This document shows, piece after piece, positions 36,876-49,370 of a DNA stretch of 64,000 bases; position 1 is the stretch's first letter, and each line of letters starts with the position of its first letter. A program made the position numbers and the translations under genes. The DNA is from Marsupella aquatica. Taxonomy: Eukaryota > Plantae > Marchantiophyta. Under the pieces are notes generated by a model, which did not search any database, had not been told where the DNA came from, and saw nothing but the letters and a program-made list of their open reading frames with translations. The DNA is taken from the NCBI GenBank assembly GCA_973895155.1, contig OZ316892.1, positions 1,068,917 through 1,132,916 on the forward strand. Reading direction: 5' to 3'.

Positions 36876-38581
36876 AGTGGTATCAGAGCTTCGTGTTCGT
36901 GGTTTGGTGGCTTGGGCAGTGATGAGAGCGTTCGTTGTGTTGGATCGTGGTGGAAGATTGAATCATCGTCGATGATTGTGTGATTGTTTCACTGGTCGTT
37001 TTGCGTTGAAGATTTTGTGAATACAGTGACGGTTTCCCGATTGAAACTTCAGCCTGGAGTGTCGGATGTGTCTCTGTTCTTTGATGTACTGTCAAGAGGA
37101 CAGTCTAGCGATCTCTTATGCGCGTCGGTGGGCACTACGTTTTGGTGAAGGTTTCACTGCTTTTCATCATTGGTGTGCCGAGTAATCTTGTAGATTGAGG
37201 TTGCTGTTTAGAGCTTGATGCTCTAGGTTATGGCTTGTATATGTTTCGACTTAATCTTGTGTGGGGCGGAAAAAAAGTTGTTTTCTTTGTAAAAAGGTCG
37301 TGCGTTGAGGGACCGGTGTTGCAATTTTTTTTCTTTTCGAATACTTTTGTTTGTGCCGTCTCGCAACAGAATACGGCGGTGCGGACGGGTTTCTTTGCAT
37401 ATGTGCGGAGAGAGGGCGAAAGGGAGATTTTATTGCCCGGGCACGTTGCCCTATGCGCGCGAGTGAGCCAAGAGGGCTCGGAATACAAAGGATTGAAGGA
37501 GGAGCAGAGGAGAAAGTCAAGCCCCTGGCCCGAGGCCCATGACCTACTAGAGCACGGCCTTACGTCTATGCAGGTACAATCGTAACTGTAAGTACAGTTT
37601 TAAAGTGAGGGGAGGGGGAGTTCAAAGCTCCCTTCTCTTGGGAGCTTTAAGGGGGCCATTGCCCTATGCAGAAGCAATAGGAGGGGAAAGGGGAAGCGAG
37701 CATACTCCTTTCCTTAGGGAGCACTTATTAACATGGGCACGAGGCCCTATGGTTGTACTTTAAGTGAGGAGGGGGAGCATACGAGGCTCCTTTCACTTTG
37801 GAGCCTTTAATTAAGGCTTGCGTCAGGTGGGTGGCCAAGGACACAAAAGGTACTACTGTCCCTACACAGTACAGATTTGGGAGGGGGTACGAGGGGGTAT
37901 TATATATCCCTGTACTCTGCCAGGTACAGCGTACATAAATAGGTGAACAAGGAGATGGGCAGGCGCGCGACCCTATGTGCGAGAGTATTTTTTTTGAAAA
38001 GAAATTGAAGGCCGGGAGGACGATTGTAGTCTTTTCGTTCTTAATTTTTTTTGTAAAAGCCAAAGGGTTTTTACTTGTTTTCTTTTATTTTCCTTCCGTG
38101 TTTGGATCTTTTCTTTTCCAATTGGACAGGTGTCAGCTCCACGTTCTTTCTGCTGTACATTTTGACTGTACTTTGATTCCCTGGAAAAGATACTTTTCCA
38201 GAGAGCTGATTTTTGACTGAAAATTTCAATTTCGGCGGTCGTCGAGGCAGAATTTTTTCGCGACACTTTGCAAGGGGATACTCAAGGGAGTTGAGCACGG
38301 GCTAGTGAAATTGATTTGTGCGTTGCTGTTGCGAAATTTTTTCGGGACCTAAGGTACCTGACTGGGGGTCAAAACAGCCATTTTGACCCCCCTCTGGTTC
38401 GGGTTGAATAAGTTTTTGCTGAAGAAGTTTTTCGCCGAATTATTTTCAGATCTTGGCAGTGTACCTTGCAGGCTACACGGCGGTGCATTCCATTTCCACT
38501 TTCGCCAACTTTCAATTTTTGGTGAATTTTTGGGTGGAGGTATTTCAGTTGTGTATTTCCTGTGTGTTTGTGGCAGCATCA

Positions 38582-41500
38582 ATGACTTCAAGAAAGCTTG
38601 CGGCGCCAAAGTTTGAGGTGGAGAAGTTTGACGGGAAGGTCAGCTTCAGCCTCTGGACTCGGAAGGTGACCAATGTGTTGATCCAACAGGGTCTTGAGAA
38701 GACCCTCACTAGAGTGAAACCCTCAAATCTAACAGATGAGGAGTGGGAGATGAGGAGTGGGAGGACATGTCGGTGCAGGCGTGTAGCACAATTGAGTTGT
38801 TCTTGGCAAACAACATTCTCAAGAACGTGTTGGGGATGGATCGGAATGCCAAGAAGATCTGGGATATGCTTACTCAGCTATACCAGAGTACTTCGTTGAC
38901 TACTCGCATTTATCACTTGGAGCGGCTGTTCAGGTTGAAGTTGAAGGATGGTGGCAACATGCGTGATCACCTCAGTCTCTTCGATGAGATTGTGCACGAG
39001 GTGGTCACGGCAGGAGACAAGTTGACCGATGAGTATCTTGCGATGCATTTGTTGATGTCGCTTCCTCAGACCTATTCAACATTGGTGACGGTCATCACAC
39101 ATGACAAGTCTACGTTGAAATTGGATGAGGTGAAGGCTACCGTTCTTGCAGAATGGGGCAAGCGACAACTTTCTGGCCGTGACAATGAGTCTGTTGCCTT
39201 AGTGGTTAGAGGCAGATCGACGGAGCGTACTACGGATCAATCTAGATCTAAATCACATAGTAGATCTAAATCCAAGTCCCGTAGTAAGAAAGTTCAGTGT
39301 TGGCATTGCCATGAGAAAGGCCACACCAAGTGGATTTGTCCTTCTCTATCGAAGCAAAAGCGTCATGCTTCCAATGGTGCGTCCTCATCGTCAGCTGGCA
39401 TTGTGATTGCTGATAATGAGGATGCTGCTGAAGTGCTATGTATTGGTGCTGTGAATTCTGTGTATGACAATAAATGGATGTTGGATTCGGGTTCCTCTTA
39501 TCACGTGTGTCCAATGCAATCATATTTCTCCACTTACCAACCTTGTACTGGTACTGTGGAAATCGGAAATGGAGTCCGATGTGCGATTGTTGGCATGGGG
39601 ACTATCAAATTCCGGATGTTTGATGGTGTTGTGCGAGCACTGACGCAAGTCAGACACATACCAGACATCTCTAAGAATTTGATTTCTCTTGGTGCTTTGG
39701 AAGCCGGTGGATCTCATTTCACTGCACGTGATGGTGCGCTCTTTGTCATCAAAGATGATGTATCTTTGATTAAGGCGCTACGGCAGAATAATTTGTAGAT
39801 CTTGGAAGGAGATGTCATTGCTCCTAGAGTGGAGCATGTGGATTCTGTGATGGAACGTTCGGATGCAGCGGCAACATCTGCTATAGAGTCATTTACGGCT
39901 GCTCCAATTGAAGCACCCTCAACATCTGGTCGCACACAAGCCATAGATTTGTGGCATGCACGGTTGGGGCACTTAAGCGGTAAAGGATTGGCAGCCTTGG
40001 CAAACATAGATTTGCTGCAAGGCGCTCAATCTGGTAAACTCTCTTTCTGTGAAGATTGCATCTTCGGCAAGCAGAGGAGAGTGAGTTTCAGTTCTAGTTC
40101 ATACCATTCTCATGAAATTCTTGAGTATGTACATTCGGATGTTTGGGGTCCAGCGCCGGAGCCGTCGTTGGGTGGAGCCAGATATTTTGTGACGTTTGTA
40201 GATGATTACTCTCGAATGTGTTGGTTGTACTACATGAAGGAGAAGTCTCAAGTCTTTGAGATTTTCAAGGAGTGGAAAGCCATGGTAGAGCTACAAACTG
40301 GGAAGGAGTTGAAGTGTGTTCGGTCCGATAACGGTGGTGAGTATAAGTCCAATGAGTTTGATCAATTTGGTCGGGACCTTGCCCTCAAGCGTCATTACAC
40401 TGTACCAGAGACCCCGCAGCAGAATGGAGTTGCAGAACGGTTGAATCGGACATTATTGGAGAAAGCACGCAACATGCTATGTAAGTCCAAGTTGCCCAAC
40501 AACTTTTGGGCTGAGGCTGTCAACCAAGCTGCATACGTCTACAATCTGTCATCGCATAGTAGTAAGTTGATGCAGACTCCATTTGAGTTGTGGTATAAGA
40601 GACCTGCTGATTACTCTAGACTCCGAGTTTTTGGTTGTGCTACCTATGTTCACATTGAGCAGACACACAGGTCTAAGTTGGATCCCAAGTCTAAGAAATG
40701 TATTTTTCTAGGCTTTAGTCCTGGGCAGAAGGGCTATAAATTGTGGGATCCTGTCGATTGCAAGGCAGTTGTGAGCAGAAATGTTGTTTTTGACGAAGAA
40801 TGGTTGTCAAGACCCCAGGATATTCAAGAGGAATAGGTGGAGGAACCCACTACGGTGGAGCTTGGTGGTAATGAGGAAGCTGCTGGTCCCTCTGGTAGAG
40901 GAGCAATTCCTCAACCAAGGCGCTCCACCAGGGCCAATTTTGGCCAACCCCCTGATAGATTTGGTTTTGCAGATCCTCGTGTTCATGTTGTTGAACATGA
41001 CGATGATCCCGGTGTTGTTTTGCTTACTGAAGATGGAGACCCCTCTAGTTATGAAGAAGCTATGGCCTCTCCAGAGAAGGATAAGTGGTTGGAGGCAATG
41101 TTGAAGGAGATGAATTCTTTGAAGAAGAATTCAACTTGGCGCTTAACTGACATGCCTCACGGGAAGACACTGGTTCCGTGTAGATGGTTGTACAAGAAGA
41201 AGCAGGATGGCACTTACAAGGCACGCCTTGTGGCCAAAGGATACACCCAAAAGGAGGGCTTGGACTACACGGAGATTTTCTCACCAGTTGTCAAACTCGC
41301 CACTATCCGTGTTTTACTTGCGATTGTGGCATTCTATGATCTTGAGTTAGATCAGATGGATGTAATTACTGCTTTCCTACATGGATTGCTTGATGTGGAG
41401 ATTTATATGACTCAGCCTCCAGGTTTTATTCACGAGAAGACCAGACACTTGGTGTGTAAACTCTTGCGCTCGCTATACGGATTGAAGCAGAGTCCCAGAC

Positions 41501-42612
41501 AGTGGAATAAGCATTTTGATTCCTTCATGTTATCTCAGGGGTTCACACGAAGTGAACATGATTGTTGTATTTACATGAAGGAGGTGGAGAATTACTCACG
41601 CTTTGGTTACATTGTGTTGGCATTGTACGTGGATGACATGCTGATCCTGGCTGAGAATAAGTCTGATGTTGCCCATCTGAAAGCAATGCTGAGTAAGGAG
41701 TTTTCAATGAAGGACTTGGGTCAGGCCAAGAAGATACTAGGGATGGAGATTCATCGTGACAGGGGGCAAAGGCAATTATGGTTGTCTCAGAGGCAGTATT
41801 TGGAGAAGGTACTTGCCAAGTATGGAATGGAGAATGCAAAACCAGTTGGTACTCCATTGGCTTCTCACTTTAAACTCTCAAATAATGATTGCCCTTCTAG
41901 TGAGAGTGATAGATTGGCGATGAAACATGTTCCCTATGATAGTGTTGTGGGTAGTTTGATGTATGCGATGACATGCACTAGACTTGACATTGTTAGCATT
42001 GTTAGCATTTTGAGCAGATTTATGGCAAATCCTGGTAAGCTTCACTGGGAAGCAGTGAAGTAGGTTTTGCGGTATCTGAAAGGTACCTTAGATTGTGGGA
42101 TCTTATTCGACGGTAAAGCAGACTCTACATTAGAGTTGGAAGGTTTTGTAGATTCAGATTATGCTGGTAACTTGGATAACAGAAAGTCTACTACAGGCTA
42201 TGTGTTTATGCTGGGTGGAGGTTGTATCAGCTGGAAGTTGACAACTCAATCTTGTGTTGCGTTGTCTACTACTAAGGCTGAGTACATGGCTGCATGTGAG
42301 GCAACCAAGGAGCTGATCTGGCTACGGAGATTGGTGAGTGATCTGGGTCTTTCACCTGAAAGACCGGTGCTGTTGTGCGATAGTCAAAGTGCTTTGCATC
42401 TGGCTAAGAACCCTGTGTTCCATGCCAGGACAAAGCACATTGATATTCGTTATCACTTCATTCGTGAGGTGATTGAGACGAAGCAGATGTTTCTGGAGAA
42501 GGTGGCTTCAGAGGAGAATACGGCAGACATGCTTACCAAAGTTTTACCTACTAGTAGCTTTAGTCATTGTGTGGATATTATTAATGTTAGGGCCAAACCA
42601 GTGACTATGTAA
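38582..42612 (+). pseudogene. Copia-C gag-pol; 14-bp duplication frameshift (38735-38762) and in-frame TAG stops at 39796, 40834 and 42061
   Basis: CWHCHEKGHTKWIC, WMLDSGSS, WHARLGH..CEDC, SDNGGEY, LYVDDML, FVDSDYA and KHIDIRYHF motifs. Confidence 0.95.
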
Positions 42613-42679
42613 ATATGTTACTTAGTTACATATTGTATATCACCTGACTCATTGTGTGAACTTGAGTCAAGGTGGAGAT

Positions 42680-42972
42680 TGTTAGGAATTGACTCTAGTT
42701 CCCGACATAGTTAGCTTGGCCTTACTAGGGTTAGTTTTAACCCTAGATTATATTTGGATAAGATCCGCTTATTTAGGCCCACTCATCTTGGCCCCCTTGG
42801 GGTTATAGGCTGGAGGGAGAGCACTCTCTCCCTCATTCTTCACATGTACTCTCATTTGCTATGGAGCCTTCAGGAGTTTCTCCACTCGGGGTGTCTCGTC
42901 GGTGTAGCGTCTGATTGAGTGTCTCTCATATTTCCGCATTGCTGTCTAGTCCGGAGCCGATGGTTTCTTACA
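42680..42972 (+). repeat. 3' LTR of Copia-C
   Basis: 293 bp, followed by TSD GTTGT. Confidence 0.93.
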
Positions 42973-43311
42973 GTTGTGACGCCTCGCGCACCACAAAGCT
43001 CACACCGTCGGGAAAACGATCTCAGTTCCCCCCCAAAAGAACCATCGAAGAAAACCGTCGAACACGAATCACAAAAAATCCAGAACGACGGAAACGTGAA
43101 TTCCTCCGCACCACGAACTCCGTTCAGAGATTTCTTTGCACCATCGGAAAGCCCTTCCCCCGATCTATCCGTTGAGCCCAACACCTCCAAGTTCCATGCA
43201 ATAGATCTTCGTGAAATCCACCAACTCTAACCGCTGGAAAAACCGTCACCAACACGTCACGAAAATTTTGATCACCTCAACGTCACCTCCCAGGCTTGCT
43301 CTGATACCAAT

Positions 43312-43642
43312 TGTTGAACTAAGACGTCATTCGCAATCACCATACAACCATGATTCATTCATGCACACGTAGTCGACACAATCTCTACGTGGTTCACCTC
43401 TTCACCAAGGCTACGTCCACACGAACACTCAAGCTTTACTTCAAGAGTAGACGAACACACATGCTCTCCCTCTTCTTCAAGTTGCTCCGTTACTATCAGT
43501 AAGCACCACACTCCAGCGGCTTACACTAGCCCTGGTATATACAAGGTCACACACGACTAACCTAACCTCAGCTAAGACCCTAACTGTGGTTAGCCTAAGT
43601 GCCGTAACCTTTGAGTCACAAGACTAAGAGCAATCCTTAACA
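43312..43642 (-). repeat. 5' LTR of Copia-B
   Basis: Adjacent to the PBS and followed by TSD CTTGG. Confidence 0.95.
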
Positions 43643-43717
43643 CTTGGTTCATGCAAGTCTTGCCAAACACTTTTCCCCTGTGGAGTCCTGCTTGCCATTC
43701 TTGCAGCACAAATTTGT

Positions 43718-44434
43718 TCCAAGATTTGTGGTGGCTTTTAAAGAGTGTTTGGATTTGGGAAATCTTGGGTTGAAGCAAACAGGGTCCAAAACAAGCACTG
43801 TAAGTGAGGGATTCATCCCAAATGCAAACACTCTTTAAAAGCCACCACAAATCTTGGGGTGAAAATTTGCTACATGGTTGCTTGGCTAACAGAGTCTGAC
43901 CATTCGGGCAAAAGCCAGGGAAATCTATGAAACACACATAAAGGGAACAGTCATTCACAACATTTGAACTCCAAACTCAAGTGAACTATCACACAGCCAT
44001 GCCTCTTTGGGTTTGCATTTAGGGTTTATCTTTCTAGACACTCTGTCTAAAGATATTGCAGGTGGTACCTTGCCTTAAAGCGCCACTGTCCCCAAAGCAA
44101 AACCTGGTGGATCCAGGTTACTAAATTGAGTGAATACACAAACCAAATTCAATCGGGCTGAAGCGAGAAGCACATATTGAGGACTGGGACAAGCAGTGTA
44201 TGGGCACCCAAGAAAGTGGGGAGCATTAAAGTGACATAGATTTAATGCCTTGTTTCTCATGGTGATGGCTTTTGGCACAATGATTTGGTCCTAGTTGGAT
44301 CCTCCAAACAGTTGCAAACAGTATTTTATTATGTGGCAAATTTTCACCCCAAGATTTGTGGTGGCTTTTAAAGAGTGTTTGGATTTGGGATGAATCCCTC
44401 CCTTACAGTGCTTGTTTTGGACCCTGGTTGCTTC
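43718..44434. repeat. Inverted-repeat (MITE/foldback-like) structure
   Basis: 43772-43875 is the reverse complement of 44331-44434. A third partial copy at 43718-43760 is inverted relative to 43816-43857. No TSD seen. Confidence 0.8.
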
Positions 44435-44937
44435 CCTACATGACCAACCAACGGAAAAGCACTGGATGCAAATAACTGGATCATGGTTCCTCAGAGTAAG
44501 TTGGAGGGTGTGAAGCCCCTGCTTGGGAGTTGATGGAACCTTTCTCTCTCACTCCTTTTCAGCCTCACCACAAACTCTCATCCTATATACTTACACGTTA
44601 AGAAAATCTGGTAGTTACATAGGTAGACTATTAACTGTACCTATCTCAAGTTTGAAATTTTTCCCAGTTTGCGTATGGTTTGGGGTTTTGGGCTAGTTTC
44701 CCTCCTCTGTCAACCTTGATAAATAAATAAAAGGTAAATTTTACTGGGTATCTCTCTAAAGTAAGCTGCGACAACTTTGTTTTGAAAAGGTGTTGATTGA
44801 AAATTTGGAACCTGTACTCACCCGCTTCATAAGGACTACCCATACCAGAGAACACATGCTATTCGCCCCCAGTTCCCCAGGCAACTCTAATTACAGTAGC
44901 GAATACTGTGCTGCCACGAAGAAGGGAAGTGGAAAAA

Positions 44938-45011
44938 CGACCACGATGGGATTCGAACCCACGACCTTCAGATCCGAAGTCTGACGCGCTAATCCACTGC
45001 GCTACGCGGCC
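44938..45011 (-). tRNA. tRNA-Arg(UCG)
   Basis: GGCCGCG/CGTGGTC acceptor stem; anticodon arm TCAGA-CTTCGGA-TCTGA; GGTTCGAATCC T-loop; followed by a TTTTT Pol III terminator. Confidence 0.97.
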
Positions 45012-47302
45012 CCTTATGATCACCTAACGGATTTAACTAGATATATTTATAATATACTAGCATTCCTCCCTGTGTTTCACAGTGCATCAAGCGCACTTGG
45101 TTTTTACGTTTTGGTTAACTATCTTCCGTGCCACAATCGCACATGCTGCTGGCAGAAAGTAGCGCTGGTTGCTCCCTCTAATGCGTGCTTGAACCTCATC
45201 GATTGACGGTCGATTGGAAATACTTGACTGCCCCGGAGTCGAAAGATTGAGAATATACAAGTGTCATTATTACTGTGCATTTAAAGCGCATATGATCGAC
45301 CGTCCTGGGCACGCCGATAGCTTGACATTCGAGCTGGCTCCATCTGATTTTGGGACTGGTATATATTGGTCCCAAAAAGAGAACGTGAGATTAGAACGCT
45401 GAATGAAAGTTTGCAACACGGTTTGTCTGATCTTTAGTCCCCTTTTTGCAAACTTTCTTAAGCGTTCATGCAGTCCTTCCGATTTCTAAATTTTGCCCAG
45501 CAATTCCACAATTCCCAGACCTTGTCGAATGGTGGCCTTTAATTCTTAATCAAACTTGACTACACTATTTCTGTATAGCAATTGTACCGATAAATCACGA
45601 CGATTGAAGGCTGACTGTCGTCGACCATTGGCAAGTGGGAGTCCCAGAAGGATAACCATTTAGATATTTGATGGAGTCTTAGACGCACAGCGGGACTGGA
45701 CATCCATACCGTAAGCTGTACGAAGTCAATTAAAAAAGCATCCGGCCAGAGTCTTGAGCATGTTTAGAGTTTTCCCTAGGAAATGACACAGCCCGACCAA
45801 TCGACTGAAACGGACTGCATATGGAATTGGGATATCGTTGAAGGCACTTGAAATAGGCGAGTAAATGACGAGCTGAACCCGAGGCAAACGAACGTTTTCT
45901 TCTACACTAAACTAGATAGTCGAAACAAACTCAATCTGGACTTAGGATGTGGTTGATGAAAGTCACGTGCAAACCAGGTGACTGGATGACGAGCTCAACA
46001 CGAGGGAAACGAATGTTTTCTTGTTCAATGCTCGAGTCAAAACAAACTCACACCTGTGCACATGTGAAGGGGCACGTCCGTTGGAGCACACATGTGGGAC
46101 TTATTTCCGGGTCGGGTTCCAAGAAATCTGCCATGAAAATAACAATGAAGACCTTCCGACCCAATAACGAACTGCAACCTTTGCCAGGTTCTTTCGTCGT
46201 GCAACGAAATTTTCAACAAGGGTCTCCTAGCTCTCTGAAAAATCTCGCGCGCATGACAGGCAGGTACTTGAGATGCGAAGGACGGAGCAATTTGGGGGTT
46301 AATTATCCTATGGCCAACATTACAAGGTAATTCCTTAGCAAAACAAGTAGTGCACCGTATTGAATTTTATCAGTTGGCATACTCTAGCTGTGTAAACACT
46401 CCGATCGAGAGGATAAGCATGTATGGAATACGCTTTCCCAGCTCTTATGGTGCATGCCGCGTGCTCAATCATGAACCACTCTGCATTCAGGGGCTGGAAG
46501 GTGCAGCCCATGGGTTTGATTAAGTTGGACGCACGTACAAGATTTAAGGATTCATCTGAATTTCACTTGATGCTAAAAGCTCGGTTGTGGTCAGGAGAAT
46601 TGGCGCTAGACAACTTTTCCTGTTGACAATGCCTTACGTGGGACTTGATTGAGCCCAGAGGCTTCGCAGTAAACTATCTTGTCGGTTAATTGGTACGCTG
46701 TCGTGTTTGCCTGCCTGATTGTCAGACTATCGAAACAATTCACCTCGTGACAGCCAGAATTGCAATTTCGTCGCAACCAACCATTAATTTTAGACGACAG
46801 GTTGCAAAACCAAGGTGCTGACTCAAGGTGGGACATCTGATCCCTTGCGACCTGGCATCAATGCGTTCTCTAGCACCTGCAGAAGTCGGAATCTATTCTG
46901 CACGTTTCCAGGAGGCCACAACAATTTCACGGCCTAAATCCAGTCTTCGATCGGGGCCGATTACTAAGCAGACGCCATAGCAAACTGCTGGGGCTAATTT
47001 ACCGTTGGGTAAGGGAACATGGGCATTTACTGAGCTGCGGTAGGACGCAGCAAGCCCAAAATGTCAACCTCAAATCTTCGGGTGAAAATTATTGGCGCAT
47101 GGGCAACCGATGAGGGACAAACTGTAGAGGATTCAAAGGAAGGGAACCTGAGCATTCAAAATTCATTTATGGTAGACACCCACTGTATATCCATATTTAG
47201 ACTGGGACAATCGCATGATTTGGTTCCGAAGGCTTTTTAGAGTGGTATTCAAAAGCATCTCACGAATCCATCGTCACACATCAAACCCTGGGTGAAAATC
47301 CA

Positions 47303-48823
47303 ATGTCGGATACTAAGAAAGAACTAAGCAATCCCGGTACTAACGAGCGCACGCAGGACCTAATAACTATAGAGCGCCAACAATGGTCAGCTCTTGCTCA
47401 TCTAACTCATCAAACCGGTGACACGCAAGACCCGCATGAAGATTCAAGCTTGGCGGAAGACACCACCCAGCCGAAACTCGTAAAAGAGATACACTCTCGA
47501 ACTGACGTCATAGAGAAGCCACCACGGACCACAGGTATTGGACTAATCGAACCACTCGAGGGTACCAACCACAATTCTGAATCGCCTCCTCTCCCCGACC
47601 AATCCAATCATTTTGACGAGGATGACTTGAACGCCATCTTAGAGAGATCGGAAGATGGGCACGACGTAGAACAGCTCCTACAACAGTTTGAGAAACCTAA
47701 AATTATTCCCCAAAAGTTCTGTCCGAGTGTAGGAGATGTGATCATAGCTGCTAAGCCTAAGAGATCCAGTCTGACACTTGACATTGCCGAAGCCACTAAC
47801 GCACCATCTACGGAGGCAAAGCCACTGGAATTTTACCCTTCTAATGATCCAAGTGAACTCAACGGGCTCGTTGCATTGTATCAGGACTCGTTCTATTTCA
47901 TAGATGATGGGGAGTATAGGAAGAGCGTCTCTGAGGTTTATGAATTCCAGCAAGGAGATATTGTTGTCCGTCTAGGCAATTTCAACCAGCATTGGCATTG
48001 GTGTAATGCCTCCAGATTTCATGTCTACTTGTACTACCCTAAACGGCTGGAAGGTGAATGCTGTCTAGGCCCTGGCGAAGTAGGTCGTTGGTTCCTCCTC
48101 ACTAATAAGCAGGAAACCAGTCAACATGGAGGTCTTGAACCCGATCCACCACCCGTACCTTATCCCTCGATTACACCTAGCGATCTTCTGCCTTTCTCCA
48201 CGCTATCATATCCCTTTGAATTTAGGGACGGAGACATCTTGCTGCAACAAACGAATGACAACACTTTGTTTAAGCCTTGGAATGTGTGTTTGGATGTCAC
48301 TGTGGAAAACTCGAAGAAGAGAGGGGAACTCGAGAAAATTCTACAGCCCATGGATAAGATACTCAGATATGGCGTCCACGTGGAACACGACGTAAACAAC
48401 GGTAGAGAATCCACCACTATTTACGTCGAGCTGTTTCAGTACCACGGCGGTTCTGAGTGGAAATTCTTGGGCAAGAATGAAAGCCTATACAATTATGTAG
48501 CAACTCTCCCCGCAATGATTCGATTCAATGTGAACACTCCACACCCGGGGGACATTTTCATCAACAGACATTCCTACAGAGAATGGGATACTACAGAGCA
48601 AACGGGCGGTCTAGTGGAGATCCTTACAGACGAGAGCTTCTTCTCTTTACTGCAGGAACCTCGCGAGAAGTCAAGAAATCATGTCTGGGGAATTGGAAGT
48701 GAGACTACGGTTGTCCGTTTTGGCACGTTTGCCACGAAGGAATGGAACTGGATGCCAAAACCAAGCGTGGATATTTTCATTCTGAATGCCAGGTATGGTC
48801 CTTGGACAAGTTCTGCAATCTAA
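47303..48823 (+). CDS. Intronless 506-aa protein of unknown function with internally repeated GD-hydrophobic / aromatic-rich domain
   Basis: Intact ATG-initiated ORF with repeated motifs FCPSVGDVII, FQQGDIVVRLG, FRDGDILLQ and PHPGDIFIN. Confidence 0.7.
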   Translation: MSDTKKELSNPGTNERTQDLITIERQQWSALAHLTHQTGDTQDPHEDSSLAEDTTQPKLVKEIHSRTDVIEKPPRTTGIGLIEPLEGTNHNSESPPLPDQSNHFDEDDLNAILERSEDGHDVEQLLQQFEKPKIIPQKFCPSVGDVIIAAKPKRSSLTLDIAEATNAPSTEAKPLEFYPSNDPSELNGLVALYQDSFYFIDDGEYRKSVSEVYEFQQGDIVVRLGNFNQHWHWCNASRFHVYLYYPKRLEGECCLGPGEVGRWFLLTNKQETSQHGGLEPDPPPVPYPSITPSDLLPFSTLSYPFEFRDGDILLQQTNDNTLFKPWNVCLDVTVENSKKRGELEKILQPMDKILRYGVHVEHDVNNGRESTTIYVELFQYHGGSEWKFLGKNESLYNYVATLPAMIRFNVNTPHPGDIFINRHSYREWDTTEQTGGLVEILTDESFFSLLQEPREKSRNHVWGIGSETTVVRFGTFATKEWNWMPKPSVDIFILNARYGPWTSSAI

Positions 48824-49154
48824 TAAATGTAGATCAATGCATGATTTCCCCCACGTCGCTACCCTTCATAAACAGAGTGATGCTTTCGACGGGCATCAAT
48901 TTTCGTCGTCAACTGTTGCCACTCGATTCCATTTTGTTTCCTCGCAAAGTTCGACAATTTAGTCCAGTCAACCTGTCAAGGTCGGTTGAAAAACGTCAGC
49001 TCTTTATTTTCATGCTTTGTGTTTAGGCCAACACATACAGATTAGGCTAACCCGGGATGCAGCGAGATTAGATTAAGGCTCTGGAACAAATATATGGTAG
49101 AGAGAGAGATGCAAAGATGTCAAACCAAGTTAATCATGCGCTTCCTGAGCCTTG

Positions 49155-49365
49155 AGTTCGGGTTGTTCAATTTCTCCAATACAAGGACCGCAGACCGGGC
49201 TACAGCCATGAGCACTGACGGGATGATTAGATTAAATCAAAATTCATAGATAGGTGGGTTGTAGAGAGTTCGGGGTGTTCAAGTTCTCTAATACAAGGAC
49301 AGCAGACATGAGCACTGACGGGATGATTAAATTAAATCAAAATTTATAGACATGTGGGTCGTAGA
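49155..49365 (+). repeat. Two direct copies of a ~100-112 bp unit
   Basis: gagttcggg.tgttcaa...aatacaaggac...catgagcactgacgggatgatta.attaaatcaaaatt occurs twice. Confidence 0.85.
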
Positions 49366-49370
49366 TTAGA

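Larger units (their letters stand above)
36574..42972 (+). mobile_element. Ty1/Copia LTR retrotransposon (Copia-C) nested antisense in the 5' leader of Copia-B
   Basis: LTRs at 36574-36875 and 42680-42972; TSD GTTGT; iMet PBS at 36878; PPT AAGGTGGAGAT. Confidence 0.97.
30581..43642 (-). mobile_element. Ty1/Copia LTR retrotransposon (Copia-B, related to Copia-A) carrying nested Copia-C
   Basis: 331-bp LTRs at 30581-30911 and 43312-43642; TSD CTTGG; iMet PBS complement GCTCTGATACCA at 43298-43309; PPT complement at ~30914. Confidence 0.97.
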
